Shown here piece by piece: positions 27,345 to 42,495 of a DNA stretch of 64,000 nucleotides. The stretch covers positions 51,832,001 to 51,896,000 of the forward strand of contig NC_043015.1 of assembly GCF_006345805.1 (NCBI RefSeq), in the 5' to 3' direction. The notes under the pieces are model-generated. The model searched no databases. It worked only from the letters and a program-made list of their open reading frames with translations, and had not been told where the DNA came from. The position numbers were made by a program, and so were the translations under genes. This DNA comes from Octopus sinensis. Lineage: Eukaryota. Each line of letters starts with the position of its first letter. Position 1 is the first letter of the stretch.

Positions 27345-27690
27345 CTTTTATATTTGTTTTAGTCATTTGACTGCGGTCATGCTGGAGCAGCGCCTTTTTA
27401 GTCGAATAAATCGACCCTAGGACTTGTACTTTGTAAGTCCTGTACTTATTCTATCGCCTGACTTTTTGCCAAACCGCTAAGTTACGGTGACATAAACACA
27501 CCAACGCCGGTTGTCAAAAGATGGTGGAGGGACAAACAAAGGACACACACACAAAATCTACTCACAAGGCATTGGTCGGCTCAAGGCTAAGGTAGAAGAC
27601 ACATGCCCAAGGTGTCACGCTGTGCGATTGAACCTGGAACCATGTGGTTGGGAAGCAAGCATTTTACCACACAACAACTCTTGCACCTAT
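27345..27690 (-). mobile_element. SINE family A
   Basis: agtcatttgactgcggtcatgctggagca...tgcccaaggtgtcacgc. Confidence 0.88.
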
Positions 27691-27960
27691 ATTAGTAGAA
27701 AGAAACCTATATAAATGGGCAAAAATAAGAGAGGAAATGTTAGGAAGGGAGTAATAAACAAATCGAGCGAAAAAGTCAACATGAATGCGGTAGATTTGAA
27801 TGAAATTGTGGGGATGAATCTAAAATCTAGAAAAATACACATACAAATAGAAATAACTACCTATTGAATTCTATTATTATTATTATTACTATTATTATTA
27901 TTATTATAATAGAAATATTAAAATAACTAAGTCTCTCTAAAAGAGAACAGCGGCAGCTTG

Positions 27961-28295
27961 ACACTACTTGACCGGCAGCTACAGACGCGTTTCGGAGTAT
28001 TGCCCCTTTTCAATGCAGCGTAGCCAGCCAGTAGGTGTCGCTTCCGACAATATCTGTTCGATGGTTTTATTTACCTAGTTTCGGTGGAATACATCCACTT
28101 GTTTTCAATAATAGAAATATTAAAATATTATTTTAATATTTCTATTATTGAAAACAAGTGGATGTATTCCACCGAAACTAGGTAAATAAAACCATCGAAC
28201 AGAGATTGTCGGAAGCGACACCTACTGGCTGGCTACGCTGCATTGAAAAGGGGCAATACTCCGAAACGCGTCTGTAGCTGCCGGTCAAGTAGTGT
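27961..28295. repeat. 335-bp near-perfect palindrome (167-bp arms, 1 mismatch, 1-nt centre at 28128)
   Basis: acactacttgaccggcagct... reverse-complements ...agctgccggtcaagtagtgt throughout. Confidence 0.97.
28237..28278 (+). ncRNA. Type I hammerhead ribozyme, U3-A8 variant (mirror copy at 27978-28019, minus strand)
   Basis: GCTGCA-TTGAAAA-GGGG(CAATA)CTCC-GAAA-C(GC)G-TC-TGTAGC: 6-bp stem I, C3-G8 replaced by compensatory U3-A8, 4-bp stem II, GUC triplet. Confidence 0.78.
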
Positions 28296-28439
28296 GGAGC
28301 GACTGACCTCCCTTGTTCGAAGGTTATATGGATACAGTTTGTGTATCAAATAGCTAACTTAAGGCGATGGCCTCATGGAGCTAATAAGCGGACAGCTTTT
28401 TTCTTATTTTTATAAGAATGCCATATTAGTATGGCGATA

Positions 28440-28455
28440 ACTATTATTATTATTA

Positions 28456-28502
<47 letters not shown>

Positions 28503-28710
28503 GTTGTTGTTGTTGTTGTGTTGTTGTTATTATTATTATTATTAATATTATTATTGTTATGGTTGTTGTTGTCATTGTTATTGTTATTATTATTATCATT
28601 ATTATTATTATTATTATTTTTGTCCTTATTATTATTGTTGTTTTTGTTGTTGTTGTTGTTGTTGTTCTTCTTCTTCTTCTTTTTCTTCTTTTTATTATTA
28701 TTATCATTAA
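28440..28710. repeat. (ATT)n/(GTT)n/(CTT)n array
   Basis: Directly visible. Confidence 0.95.
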
Positions 28711-28715
28711 TGACT

Positions 28716-29065
28716 TTATCTTGATAAAGTCAGAGCCCGGTGACTTGCCATTTCAGAGAAGCTTAACTGTTGCTGAATCTCTTGTAGTGTTGATGTCACC
28801 TTGGAGAATGCGAGCAATGAATTCAGCGTTGATAGAGGGAAAACCTGTTCAGGGCGTTGTTCAAGTGCTCTGTCCACCTGTCCAGGACTACTTTTTGTAA
28901 GTATAGAGAGTAACTCCGTCAGCGCTGCTCAGCGGTGATGTTCCGGAGGACTGTGTCCCTTAGTTGACTTTCCAGGCATCGTAGAAGCACTTGGAGTTGT
29001 TACTGTCAGCGTCCTCATGTATCTCAGCCGCTTTGTTGCTGAGCAAGGAATCATTCGTTTCACCC
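28716..29065 (-). mobile_element. RTE/BovB-like LINE fragment (linker between EN and RT)
   Basis: KAAEIHEDADSNNSKCFYDAWK..GTQSSGTSPLSSADGVTL...RWTEHLNNALNR...NGKSPGSDFI, typical of the RTE clade. Confidence 0.85.
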
Positions 29066-29669
29066 AGTGTAAAACAATATTTCAGAAGGATTTGGCTGCA
29101 CTTTCTACCAATTCTAAAAACCGTGTAGAGTCTTTTTTTTGAAGTTCTACAGGTGATGTTGCTGATGACAACGAATGCTAATGCAAAACATAACGAAGTG
29201 AAAGGTTGTGACGCCAGAAGTAGTATTGAAAATCATCAATTTAGCGTTGTTACAATTTCTGCCACTGCTACTGTTGTTGCTATTATTGTTGTTGTTGCTG
29301 CTGCTGCTGCTACTATCATGGCTACTGATAATAGTTATTGTGTTAATCGTGGCGGTAGGGGGAGCAAAACGCCAAAGTTGATCGTTGTTCTTACTAGTGC
29401 TTGCAATGAATTATGTTTTTGCCAATGTTCCTGATAATGCTGCAGATGTTAATAGTGACGCTAATGATGTTGGTGACTGAGCAGTAAAGATTTAGATACT
29501 TAACACGGAACTTCGATACAACACCTTCGCCATGTTGCTTACACCTTTCCATTACTGTTTAAAACAAATGCCATTTTGATTTAGCTTCACGTCAAGTTTG
29601 GAGCTGGATTTCACTCATGTATGCAGCGCATAAATCTATTTTGGATTCGGAAATAATGTTCTTTGTTTC

Positions 29670-30265
<596 letters not shown>

Positions 30266-30377
30266 TGACTTTCACCCTTCCATTCCATTTTATGTGGGAT
30301 TTCTCTAATATTTATTGCAATCATCTTCAAAATATTTCACACCTGATTCTAAAATCATCTTCCAAATGTTTCTAATC

Positions 30378-30950
<573 letters not shown>

Positions 30951-31749
30951 AAGGTAACTTACTGTGGGGAAAAAAACATTTTGATTTATTTATTTGTTTG
31001 TTGCTTTCGTTCAACCCTTTGTGAATCCGTGTCCTGAATAGCACATGATACACAGGACATATTTCCCTGGAATCCATGGATCTGACATGATATGCGTTCC
31101 CAGTTTTTTTGAACGACCAGAGTAATTTGGGATTTACGAAATGAGATTTTATCTATCTATCATTACTCAGAACGTCCGAAACAAGGGCTAATTAAAAGTC
31201 TGTAAACAAGTATGGACATTTAGGATAAATTTCAACCCTTTACCTGTCGAAAATGCTTTGTTTAGGCAATAAGTTAATTGTTGGTCTCGTAATTTGGGAC
31301 AAGAAATAAATGAATGACTTTGAAATAATTATATCAAGGTATGCGGATATGAACAAGGATGACTTTCTCTGGAGCTGAACTTAGAACGTGAAATTAAAGG
31401 ATTAAGTAGTTAAGATAGAATAGGAACGTATTCTTGTGAAATCCTTAGTATTTTTTGCTGCCAACTTTAAAAATCGCAATGAATCAATCTGAAAGAATTC
31501 AAATTACGATACGAAGTTCAAGTGAGGGTAACACTTATAAACTGTGGCAGATTCAATAAAATAATGGAAAACTTGAAGAATATGTTAAATGATTCTTCGG
31601 CCGATAAAGCACAATGGATCATATACCCTTGATCTTCCATTATGCAACAAGCGATGTTACCTTATACCATATATTTGTTTCAGGCATTGGAGTACGGCGA
31701 CCTTTTGAAGAATTTAGCCGAACTAATCAATCACGGTTATTACTTCAAG

Positions 31750-31903
31750 ACAAAGCAGCGAGCTGGCAGAAACGTTAGGACACCGGGCGAAATGCTAAGC
31801 GGTATTGCGTCTGCCGTTATCATCTGAGTTCAAATTCCGCCGAGGTCGACTTTGTCCTTTATCCTTTCGGGGTCGATTAAATAAGTACCAGTTACGCACT
31901 GGA
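31750..31903 (+). mobile_element. SINE family B (3'-truncated)
   Basis: gcggagctggcagaaacgttag...gagttcaaattccgccgaggtcgac...aagtaccagttacgcactgg. Confidence 0.9.
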
Positions 31904-32569
31904 AGTTAGTGGGAGTAAAACTAAATCTGAAACCACCTGATTCCAAATTGGTCATCTTAACCACTCAGCCACGCCTGCTTCAAGAGGAGGGAGTCACACA
32001 AACTTTGTTTTTTTAATCTTTCGTGCAATGTTTGCAGCGGAATTGAATCTAACGGTTTTTGTGAGTTTATAAATGGCATATGAACATCTACGCTACAATT
32101 ACAATATTTTGATAGCTATAAAATATATCAGAGATACATAGAAATAACTTATACATACGTGTGTCATTGGGACTTGAAAAAAGAAAATATGGCGTACAAA
32201 TATAGTTAATGAAATCCATTGGATAGCAAGTGCAAATGTCTCAATCAGAAATCACCATGAACAAATGGTGCCAGCATCGGTGTTTGGAGGATTTGACGTA
32301 GTGAACATTCAGTTCTTGCAGGATATTGATAATGAGAGACTCACTAATGAAGATTTATAGAGTCAACATAAGCACGAGTCTCTAATGCAGTTAGAAACGA
32401 AGTACATCTTCACAGCCGAGACCTTATCTTAAATGCCTGATTAATTTAACTCCTGCTTTTAAGCAAACTTCAGCAAATGGTGCATATTTTATGGTAACGC
32501 ACAATTGTTACACAAGAACGTTTCATTAGAAAGCAAAAATGTTAACCAGAGATTATTATTATTATTGAT

Positions 32570-32607
<38 letters not shown>

Positions 32608-32612
32608 TATTA

Positions 32613-32702
<90 letters not shown>

Positions 32703-33174
32703 ACGATGATCTGACAGAAACAACAGTTATCTTAATAATTTTAATGCAACTTTATTTTTACCCTTGTGGAATGCACTGAACAAATGTATATCTTCTTCGT
32801 AGGGTTATATATAATCTTTTTTAAGAGATATTTTCTACATATAAGGCAGTATTGTAGACCGGTGTCTTTTTCACTACATGCATATTTCTTTCAATTAGTA
32901 AAAGGAATTATCTCCATGAAAACCTCCTTTATCTGGTAATTAACAAAAAAGTTTCCGTTGGTGAAATGGATGCAGATGGAATAAATTAACTTCGCTCAGC
33001 TAGATATCAATGTACGTATGTAAATATATGTGCGAACACACAGAGAAAAAGATTAGCACATCCATACACACGCACACGCACTCATACACTCGCACAGACA
33101 CGCACACAAATGCACACACAAACACCCACGAACATATACATACATACATACATACATACTTATATATATATATA

Positions 33175-33335
33175 TGATAGCTAGCCACTACACATTCTTT
33201 ATTTTCTCTCCTTTCTGTGGAAGAGCGTTGGCTCGAAATGTTAAAGACATTTTCACTTTCTGAGCATTATACTCATACATCTGCTTGTTGTCTACTCTAT
33301 CTGTCGTCGTCTTTTTTTTGTGAATACTCCCTATT
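33175..33335 (+). mobile_element. HHR-like element family E
   Basis: CTTT-CTGTGGA-A-GAGC(GTTG)GCTC-GAAA-TG-TT-AAAG at 33211-33246; flanks align with 42210-42495. Confidence 0.75.
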
Positions 33336-33377
33336 GATATACATATAACTTAGCAGGGTTGTATTTCCGTTGGAATA

Positions 33378-33418
<41 letters not shown>

Positions 33419-34268
33419 AGTGTGTGTGTGTGTGTGTCTGTGTTGTGTGTGTGTTGTGTGTGTTTTGTGTGTGTGAGTGTATGTATATGCATATATATAT
33501 ATATATATTTATATATGTATATAAATATATATGTATGTATATATATGTATATATATACATATACACACGCACACACACATACACACACGTATCTTTCCGA
33601 TATATATATATACTATAGGTATACGCATGTGCGAAAGCATGTGTGCGTGTAAACATGTGTCTCACGACCGAGTCTGCTTCATTGTATCTACGCAAGTTAC
33701 GGCAGGCTTACAATCTTTCTATCTGACAGTACAGTTCCAAGTTACAAACAAGAAAATTCCCGATGACATTTATGCTGCGTATAAATCAAGTTAGTATTTG
33801 AATTCCAATAAATCTTGAAGTACTCTATTAATTTATCGTCTTTATTTCAATCTGTGTTCCATTGAACCTAAGTGCTTGGTATTTGGAACGAGTGTCTAAA
33901 AGCAAGAATTATGTTCAAAGGAAGCTGATTTCAATCCCCACTTCAAAGAATTTCACTCTGTTTTTGATCGATAATTCCTTTGATGAAGACATCGGAGTTT
34001 AGTTAGATGATAGGTGTTCCCGACGAATGCACTGGTATCCAAATGGATAAAATCGGTAGAAATTATTCGTAACACTTTCCGTTCGTAGATAATACGTTTT
34101 GTAGAACCAATACAAAGAAACATCTGATGAGTTGGCTATAACCAGGTGAAATTTGATAGAGAGAGATATGCTGCCATTTAAATACGGAGCTCTATTTTCA
34201 CAATGAATTAAATTCGTTGCGTTAATAGTAAACACATATATCTAAACTTTATATATATAGTGTATTTA

Positions 34269-34307
<39 letters not shown>

Positions 34308-34309
<2 letters not shown>

Positions 34310-34693
34310 AGTGGGCGTGTGGTAAGTAGCTTGCTTACCAACAACATGGTTCCACATGGTTCAGTCCCACTGTGTGGCATCTTGGGCAAGTTTCTTCTCG
34401 GATCGACCAAAGCCTTGTGAATGGATTTGGTAGGCGGAAACTGAAAGAAGCCCGTCGTATATATGTATATATGTGTATGTGTGTGTTGTGTGTATGTGTC
34501 TCTCCCCACAACATCGCTTGACAACCGATGCTAGTGTGTTTGTGTCTCTGTAATCTAGTGGTTCGGCAAAGAACCCGATAAAATAAATACTAGGCTTACA
34601 AAGAATAAGTCCCGGGGTCGATTTGCTCGACTGAAGGCGGTGCTTCAACATGGCCAAAGTCAAATGACTGAAACAAATAAAAGAGTAAAGAGT
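34308..34693 (+). mobile_element. SINE family A
   Basis: Full-length match to 8040-8437. Confidence 0.93.
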
Positions 34694-34784
34694 ATACACA
34701 CACACATGTATGAACATGCGTATATGATACTGTACTCCTTATTATTCTTTAATATATAGATGGCATTAGGTACTGTGTATATCA

Positions 34785-34990
34785 TATAATCCTTTCTACT
34801 AAAGGCACAGGGCCTGGAATTGGGGGGAGAGGTTAAGTCGATTACATCGATCGGAGTGTTTCACTGGCACATAATTTATCGACCCTGAACGATGAAAGTG
34901 AAAGTCGACCTCGGCGGAATTTGAACACAGCAACGGGCGAAATACCGCTAATCATTTCGTCCAGTGTGCTAACGATTCTGCCATCATTCT
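34785..34990 (-). mobile_element. SINE family B
   Basis: aagtcgattacatcga...aaagtcgacctcggcggaatttgaac. Confidence 0.88.
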
Positions 34991-36024
34991 GCCCCAGTAT
35001 ATCATATAATCTCAAGCCAAGTAAATTCCTTTCCTACAATATTTAAACATTCCTAACATATACTATGTCATTCAATGAACATTGCAAAAGTCGTGGTGTT
35101 ATTTTCTTTTTCATTAGAAGCCAATTAGAAGCCAATTAAAAAAACAAAAAAAAAAACATAACTTTATAAATTTCAGCCTGATTTTTAGAATATTACACAT
35201 TTTTTGTTTTGTAAAATTTCAACTGTTGGAGCCCCGCTGAGGACAACATGGTGATGAATCTATTTGTATTTACCTACTCCCTGGTTATGTTCGAACTCAG
35301 AACTTTTATTTCTAAACTGAAAGTAATGGTGATTTTAATCTCTCGGTCAACTGACGCATATATATGCATCAATAACCTATTGAATATAAGCTGAGATAAA
35401 AACCGATCGATTGGTAGTGTGGAAAATAGCTATTGTAAAAATAAAATGTTTCATTTCTAAAAATGAGGTTAATAGTCCGAAAAATTATAATGTTATTAAC
35501 AAGCACCATTCTCAGACATTGAGACAATTAATTCCTATGAGCATGTTTTACATGAAACGACGGCTAATTCAAAATTCAATATTAATTTTGAAAACGTCGG
35601 AGTTAAATAGACTGAATTCACAGACATGTGTAAACAGTGGTTTTTTTAACATAAAGAAAGATCGATCTTCGCATGAATTATGCAGAGAAAAATCGCACTG
35701 AAGATTAATTTGGTTATTATAAATATATTTCTGTTTACAGTGTTGTTATTGAGGCTAAGATGATGTAGAAGAAGTCAAAAGGTCAACGATTGGTATTCTG
35801 TTTCCGCTGATACGATGCTTCCTTAGAAAATAGTTATTTTTTTATTCTTTAAGAAATTTTTTGATCCTTTAGCCTTCCTCTTTAGCTAAAATAAAAACTC
35901 CAAGAAACGTATCTACATCGATTCAACGAAAGAAAAGAAAGCAAGAAGATTAGTTTTAAGTACTGAACTAAAATCTTATAATAACCATATAAGTTGGCTC
36001 ATCTCTTTTTGCTATCGCGGCTAT

Positions 36025-36200
36025 AATTCTTTTTAATTCTGGCAGAAGGCAACCGGTTTTGGAGGACTGTCTAGTCAATTACATCGACTCCACTCCTTGA
36101 CAGGTACTTCATTTTATCAATCCCGAACGGATGAAATATAAAGTTGACTTTGGCTGAATTCGAAGCATTTTGTCTGGGTGCGCAAACGATTCCACCAGTT
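36025..36200 (-). mobile_element. SINE family B (diverged)
   Basis: agtcaattacatcgactcc...cccgaacggatgaaa. Confidence 0.7.
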
Positions 36201-36409
36201 TGTCACCTACAGTTCCTCATTACTGGCTGGTCTCCAACAATATGTGTCTGGCACCCACGACCCACTCATTTCTTCACTTCCCCTGATACTTGCTCCGTTT
36301 CCCACCACTCCACTTGACATCATACAAAACAGTTCTCAGTCCTTCTTCCTAGGACATCGGTTCTTTCTTATCCTCTCCCTCCACGTTTCCTTTTTTGCGG
36401 AGACGTTTT

Positions 36410-36585
36410 AAGTTGCTTAGCGGCATTTCGTCCGTCTTTACAATCAAATTCCGCATAGGTCGGCTTTGTTTTCCATCCTTTCGGGAGGGGGGCCAATAAG
36501 GTAAATATCAATTTAGCACTAAGGTCGACCTCATCAACTTTACCCCTCCACCACAATTGCTGGCCTTGTACTTAAATTTGAAACT
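36410..36585 (+). mobile_element. SINE family B (diverged)
   Basis: tgcttagcggcatttcgtccg...ccatcctttcggg...tggccttgtac. Confidence 0.75.
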
Positions 36586-37006
36586 AATTTAGCTTCAACA
36601 AAATCCCAAGCAGAAAATAAACTGTGAACGTAAGATATTTAACACAGATTCAGGTTTTATCATTTAAAAATCGCTATCAGATAATTTTTAAAAATCTATT
36701 TGGTTTTCTGAATGCAATTTTCTGGAAAAACATTTTGACGAATACGTTATTCAATGTAACGAATATCAGTTAATAGTTTCGTAGTAAATTTGTCTTCCAA
36801 ACGATTTGTTTCCCTGCTAATATGACTTTCGATCTATTTTACTTTCGATCTATTTCACTTTCGGTCATTGTGTTTTCGACCAATGTTCTGTTTACATTTT
36901 ATGTGAATGCATTTTCACATTCATACGTACTTACATAGACACATATATACTTCCACTTTTACACACACACAAACACACATACACATATTTATACACGCAT
37001 GAAGAT

Positions 37007-37007
37007 A

Positions 37008-37051
<44 letters not shown>

Positions 37052-37520
37052 TTCATGTGTGTATACATAAATGGTCAGAACTTTTGGGTGGGGGTTTGTT
37101 TGTGTTGTTCATTCGTTTGTGCATGTCTGTTTATGAGTGTGTGCGTGTATGTCTGTGTGTATGCGTGCGCGTGTGTTTGTATGTATGTGTGTGTGTGTGC
37201 ATGTTTGTATGTTTGTGTACGCATGTGTGTGTGCATGTTTATGTGTATGTGTGTATGAGTGCGTGCTTTTATGTGTATGTGAGAGAGTGTGTGTGTGTGC
37301 GTGCGTGCCTGTGTTTGTATGTGCGTGCATATGTGCATGTGTTTGTATATGTGTGTTTATGAGTGTGTGCTTTTGTGTTTGAGAGAGAGAATGTGTGTGT
37401 GTGTGTGCGTGCATGCGTGCGAGCGTTTGTGCGTGTATGCGTGTGTGCATGTTTTTCTGTGTGTGTATGAGTGTGTGCGTGTATATGTGTGTGAGTGTGT
37501 GTATATGTGGTTGTGTCTGT
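37007..37520. repeat. Cryptic (TG)n array
   Basis: Directly visible. Confidence 0.93.
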
Positions 37521-38289
37521 GTCCGTCTTTAGCGTTGGCTGATTTAATGGAGATAACCAGAGATCCACTTCGTACCAAAAAACCCATCGCAGATGAAAGA
37601 AATACCATCAGTCGGTATGATTCAGAGGAATCCACTGGTAGTCTGAACAAGTTTAAACCGGTTTAGTTAAATACAATATATAAGATTTAGGATGTCGGAC
37701 TACACTTGAGAGTAACGATAAAATATTAAATTCCTTGGTCGTAACGCTCAACACAAAGAAATAAGAGATTTTATTTGGAGAAATTCTTTAAAAAGACAGC
37801 GAAATATCACGTATTTGCAAATTTAGTGAGATATATTTTCGAGAGAATTTTATGAGGACAGGCATAAGTATCGTGTCAGCTTTTCGAAGAACCGTAAATC
37901 AATATAGAGCGATATAAGTAAAAGTGGGGCGAGTGAAAGAAAGGCTTGTCGTATATTTCTATACATCAATAAGTACAGAACAATAAATAGGCAAGATTTA
38001 CGTTTGTCCGAAACTGTTGAAGCTCACGTCGGTTACATAGTTATGATTCTTGCTCAATGAAGATAAGACGCTTTAATCGCACTTTCGTGTTAAACAGGAA
38101 TAATTCAGTTGTATCCGTATATTTACAATGTGACGGTACATATACGGTACTTCAAGCAACGTTGTTGATTTCTTGTATGTTGTTGTTCCACCTCTTAAAG
38201 ATAGATACACACGTATAAATAGATACATACAAGCACGCACACAGACACATAGAGACGCACACACACACATATGTATGCATATATATGTA

Positions 38290-38310
38290 TATATTTATAT
38301 CTATCCATCC

Positions 38311-38381
<71 letters not shown>

Positions 38382-38382
38382 A

Positions 38383-38452
<70 letters not shown>

Positions 38453-38538
38453 ATGTCTATCTAGCTATTCACCAATCTATCTATTTATCGATATATGTGT
38501 ATATATGTATGTGTGTATGTATATATATATATATATTA

Positions 38539-38588
<50 letters not shown>

Positions 38589-38596
38589 ATATATAT

Positions 38597-38655
<59 letters not shown>
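38290..38655. repeat. (TATC)n-(TA)n-(GATA)n, self-complementary compound microsatellite
   Basis: Directly visible. Confidence 0.93.
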
Positions 38656-38656
<1 letters not shown>

Positions 38657-38888
38657 GCGCGTGGCTTAGTGGTTAGGATGTCAGCATCATGATCGTAAGA
38701 TTGTGATTTCGATTCCAGGACCGGTTGACGCGTTGTGTTCTTGAGCAAAACACTTCATTTCACGTTGCTACAGTACACTCAGCTGGCAGAAATGGGTAAC
38801 GTTGCGATAGACTGGCGTCCCGTCCAGGTGGGGAACACATACGCCATAGAAACCGGGAAACTGGGCCCGTGAGCCTGGCTAGGCTTTA
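38656..38888 (+). mobile_element. tRNA-derived SINE family C
   Basis: ggcgcgtggcttagtggttagg (A box), tttcgattcc (B box), gttgtgttcttgagcaaaacactt core. Confidence 0.85.
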
Positions 38889-39529
38889 CATATATTTACA
38901 TATACACACATACATATGAGTGTGCATCTGTATGTTTGTGTGTATGTGTGTGTGTGTGGTAAGAAAATCTGAAGATCACATCAATAGTTTTAAACTAAGA
39001 AATACTGTTTAGACAACGTTACTCAAGATAAACTCTATCGAAGGAAAGATAACAGTTGTTTGAATGATGTTTGGTTATATGCCTGGTATATCAGAATTGA
39101 TCCAAAGCTGATTTGTGACTGAACAAACAACACGTAGAGAAACGGATGCCTTTCGCTATACAAAACTTTTGCAGAGATATAGAACACACGCTCTCGCTCT
39201 CTCCCACACATGTGTAGGCATGGATACTGTGAAGAGCATGTGACAAAGGATCAACAAGACGGGATAAGCTGCCGGTCAATATTGTTCATGTGAAACACAG
39301 AATTAAAATTAGATAGGAATATGACGTTTCGGATATAGTTCTTCTTCGGAATAGATTGTAAATTAGAAAAAAAAGAGGAAACACGTGAAAAGTAAAAGGA
39401 CTAATCCAAGCGTATAATATATACGTGTGTGTATGTGTGTTTGTGTGTACTACATTTTAATAAGCCTCGGTTAAAGGCATCAAACTCGTCGCAAAACCTT
39501 TAAGTTATCACCTGCTACCATGAGTGTGC

Positions 39530-39593
<64 letters not shown>

Positions 39594-39601
39594 CTCTATC
39601 C

Positions 39602-39648
<47 letters not shown>

Positions 39649-39661
39649 GATCTCTCTATCC

Positions 39662-39709
<48 letters not shown>

Positions 39710-39720
39710 CTATCTCTCTC

Positions 39721-39790
<70 letters not shown>
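39530..39790. repeat. (TATC)n array
   Basis: Directly visible. Confidence 0.96.
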
Positions 39791-40256
39791 AATACGTGCG
39801 TGTGTAAATGTGTGTACGCGTTTGTGTCTCTCTGTGTATGTGTGTGTGTGGGGGGAGGGTGTTTCTGTGTGTACGCGTTGGGTTTCTCTCTGTGTCTCTG
39901 TGTAGGATTATATCTTCCCTATTTACTTATGACTTTCAAAAATACGAACATTTTTATTCCGAATTCAAACTAATTTTTTGAAACGTTTTTTTTTATTTTC
40001 CTTTTTCTATTCCTGGACGAATGAATAATTATGCAAATTATCTGAAAACAAATACATGTGTTTAAGCTATATTCAACATTTCTCGACACAGAAATCTCTC
40101 TGTTTTTTTTTTTTTTTTTCATTTACAGTGTTCTAATTTACAAACGTGCTTATTTATATTTATTGCTTGCTTTCTTGACAAAATTTGCATTAACAAAAAA
40201 AAAAACAAAAAAAAAAAAAAAATCGCAGGGGAAAATCTTGAAAAATTAACTAAGGC

Positions 40257-40305
<49 letters not shown>

Positions 40306-40644
40306 GTAATAAAAATGATATACACAATAATAATATGATTTAGTGTATTTATTTACCTGTATAAATTTATTTTTATTTGACAAGAAGGTGCTGATGGAAT
40401 GATAAAATATGTACGAAGAAATGCGAGAGTGATTAAATTAAGGTTTGATTCAGTTACCACTGTACATTTTTGTGTTTATAATCATTTTTAATTTATATTA
40501 TTTCCCAAACACAGTCTCACATACACACACGCACACACACACGTGCACACATGCAAATATGCGTTGTCACACTGGTACAAACAACGCAAGCACAAATACA
40601 CACACGCCTATAATTATAAATACATATATATAATATATATATAT

Positions 40645-40678
<34 letters not shown>

Positions 40679-40802
40679 GTATATATATATATATATATTA
40701 TATGTAAATATATATATATATATTTACATATACACAAACACCTCACAAAAAACATGTATATAAATAGAGCAGCGCAGGAGACCCTAGCACGGTCTATCTA
40801 CC

Positions 40803-40856
<54 letters not shown>

Positions 40857-40874
40857 ATCTCTCTCTCTCTCTCA

Positions 40875-40935
<61 letters not shown>

Positions 40936-41384
40936 GGAGAGAAAGGGAGAGAGCCAGAAACAGTGTAACTGGTAGAGAGATCGATAGGTTGATAAGTAGT
41001 AGACAGGTAGAGTGAAAGATTGATTCATAGATATTGTACATATATATATATAATTTTCGTATTTGATTTTCTATCTCTCTCTCTCCCTCTCTTACTATAT
41101 GTATAAGGGATGAGAGATATTTTAGTAGATGGATAGTAGACATTGACTGAAAGATAGATGGATTGATTCAACGATATTGTGCATGTATATAAATATATAT
41201 TTCTGTTTCTCTAATCTCTCCCTTTCTCTCTCTACCTCTCCTTTTCTCTGTCTGTCTGTCTGTCTCTCTACCTCTTCTCTTTCGCACTCTCTTTATTTAC
41301 ATATTTCACAACATTGAAAATCATTTGTAAATTCAGCGCGCTATCTAAATTTATTCGTCAACCCACCACTCACCGCAAACTCAC

Positions 41385-41395
41385 GCTTCCGCCAT
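41385..41395 (-). CDS. Candidate start-codon micro-exon (ATG GCG GAA GC|gtgagt)
   Basis: acaATGGCG start context immediately followed by a consensus donor; a second GTGAGT lies 11 nt further on. Confidence 0.25.
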
Positions 41396-42078
41396 TGTAT
41401 TCCTCTACACTACGTCCAAAATAATAAATATAACGGAAAAGAATGCAAAACGAAAGCACATGTAAAACAGAGAAATATGAAACAAAGAAAAAAACTAAAG
41501 AAATACACCGTAGAAATATCGAAAGCAAATACATAAAGAACAGCACTCGTAATATGGAAATGGTAACAAGTTATCTAAACATGGCTACCTTGCTTTTTTT
41601 CACAAAAAAATGTCTGATGTTAATTTGACGTCTACACAATGTTTAAAGGCTGGGAGAGAGGAAGTAAGTTTTAGATTAGTTGTTAAAACAAAAATCTGAG
41701 AGCAAAGTTATTAAATATGAAGATTACCATAAAAGAAGATGTGAAAACAAGAATTGGAAATAGTAAATTCCTAGAAATAAGGAATATGAATGCTACAAGT
41801 ATTTAAAGTGTAAATATGAGCATGATTAAGAACACCAATATGGTGATGGGGTAGGGTGCGAATAAAATAGGACGTTTAGGGGTAGTGGGAGAGGAAAAAA
41901 GGGAGAAAAAGCTAGGGAGAGAGAATGCGGTTAGTTAGGCGGGGGACACAGAAGAAGAAAGTGAAAAAGAGGGATAGAACGAGGCATTAAAAGGAAAGAG
42001 TCTTTGAATAACTTGGAAGTGTGACATTGGCCGTGTGAAAGAGTGAGAGAAAACTGATCATGATCAAGGCAGAGAGAG

Positions 42079-42109
<31 letters not shown>

Positions 42110-42209
42110 AAGAGTAGAAAAGGGGTACACGTTCCATTAACATACACGCATACATTTACAGACATGAATGTTTGTGTGTGTGTGTGTGTGTGTATAAATA
42201 TATATATAG

Positions 42210-42495
42210 TCGCCATGATAGATCGTTAGCCACTACACACCTTTTTTTCTCTCCTTGTTTCTCTCCTTGTTTTTTTCTGTGCACCTTTCTTTTGAAGAGC
42301 GTAGGCTCGAAACGTAAAATACTTTTTCTATTCCTGAGCGTTATACTAATACATCTGTTTGTTTTGTACACTACCTTGTTTTGTACACTAAAGGCGGTGC
42401 TCCAGCATGGCCGCAGTTAAATGACTGAAACAAGTAAAAGAGTAAAAGAGAGTACCTGTCCTCGTCTTTTGTTTTTTTCGTAAACTTTCCCTATT
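42210..42495 (+). mobile_element. HHR-like element family E with a nested SINE A 3' tail (42388-42453)
   Basis: aagagcgtaggctcgaaacgta at 42295-42316; aligns with the reverse complement of 44478-44670. Confidence 0.8.

Noticed and set aside
32280-32370. Tigger-like ERLTNEDL peptide
   Set aside because: Single short motif without supporting TIRs or further homology.
36825-36885. 16-bp tandem repeat actttcgatctattt
   Set aside because: Only 2-4 decaying units; ordinary minisatellite with no further structure.
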